Positions 62,910 to 64,000 of a stretch of 64,000 nt of DNA are shown in pieces. The notes beneath the pieces were generated by a model. The model saw nothing but the letters and a program-made list of their open reading frames with translations. It had not been told where the DNA came from and searched no databases. Made by a program: the position numbers and the translations under genes. Location: NCBI RefSeq assembly GCF_009914755.1, contig NC_060945.1; one strand, written 5' to 3'. Positions within the stretch are counted from its first letter, which is position 1; every line of letters starts with the position of its first letter. The DNA is from the human T2T-CHM13v2.0 reference genome, Homo sapiens.

Positions 62910-63960
62910 GAGTTTCTAGTTCCAAATGGTGGCATAGAAGCAAGTTGGCTTCACTGCCTCCCAAAAGAAAACCAAAAACGAACATACAGCAGCTCCAAGA
63001 TTATCAGCAGCAATATCCCAGAACTCTAAATATGAGGCTCAGACAGCTCTCACGGCAACAGACAAGTGAAAAAACTCTGAACAGACAGTAAGACAACTGG
63101 ACTTTCATACCTGTGACACCCGTCTCCATAATGTGCCCAGCACCAAGCGTGAGGAAAATTTCCACAACTCAGTTGCTACACTGGAAAAAGCAGATGGAGG
63201 TGAACAACTACTGTCCCACCATCTTAGGTTCCCTGGCAGAAGACCTGTCCCTGCTTCAACCCATGGGAACCACTGTAAGTACCTGAAGGGAAACTATCCC
63301 TGAGGATAGCCAGAGGCAAAGTGGGGAAGCAGAACTACTATTCCCAGCCCTGGAAACGCTGCTCTGTAACTTGGCCAGAGAAGACACCAAATCAGAGCGG
63401 CTGTTCAGCAGATGCACACAGTAGAAGGTATGTCCCACAGGTCCCCTGGGCACAGACGCCTTGCCAGTATTCCCACACTGCCGGGTTATCCTCTTTGTGA
63501 CCTCCCCCATTCGGGATGGGCAATACTCTGATGGTTCCCTAGAGCCAAGGTAAACCTGGGCTTAAGGCACCATCTAGTGCCTATAAAGAGGCAGCAACCT
63601 AGCAGAAAAAAAGGAAGAAATTCAACAAGTAAATTACAAAGAATCTCTAAGTAAACATATCCAATAAAAAACAAAATAACCCAGACAGACAAGACTGGAA
63701 TAAATACTCTTTCAATGCAAAGACATAGACATATATCCATAAGAAACAACAGGAAACAGGGAACCACGGCCTCCCCAAACAGACAAAGCAAGGAACCAGT
63801 GACTGTCTCTAACAAGATGGCAATATATGAGCTCTCTGACCAAGAATTCAAAATAGTAGTTTTAAGGAAATTCAGTCATCTCCAAGATAACATAGAAAAG
63901 TAATTCGGAAATTTGTCAGAGAAATTTAATAAAGAGATTGAAACTTAAAACAATCAAACT
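62910..63960 (+). mobile_element. L1M 5'UTR and start of ORF1; an Alu begins at ~63961
   Basis: ORF1-like IYELSDQEFKIVVLRKF, homologous to the L1 at the start of the window. Confidence 0.7.
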
Positions 63961-64000
63961 GCTGGGCACAGTGGCTCATGACTGTAATCCCAACACTGTG

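Overview
Primate (very likely human) intronic DNA, rich in repeats. Two internal coding exons on the minus strand (57374-57491 and 35768-35871, canonical GT-AG, phases compatible) translate to the armadillo-repeat region of HSF2BP/MEILB2, so the whole window lies inside that gene. The only intact full-length ORF is a histone H2B retrocopy (CDS 8783-9163, +), recognised as H2BC12L/H2BFS. It has a poly(A) tail and a perfect 15-bp TSD, and is nested inside a complete THE1A MaLR element that has its own 5-bp TSD. Also present: a recalled MIR6070 locus, an LTR7-family solo LTR, about 30 Alus, several L1 remnants, a ~2.4-kb GA-rich minisatellite with a higher-order duplication, a ~1.7-kb CA-rich field with three copies of a ~48-bp motif in or near it, and two local duplications. 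I see no convincing new multi-gene system. The most interesting items are the nested retrogene architecture and the possible RNA-level effects of the tandem repeats on the HSF2BP pre-mRNA. Repeat subfamily calls and gene names come from recalled consensus sequences, not from a search. Repeat boundaries without a stated TSD are approximate.
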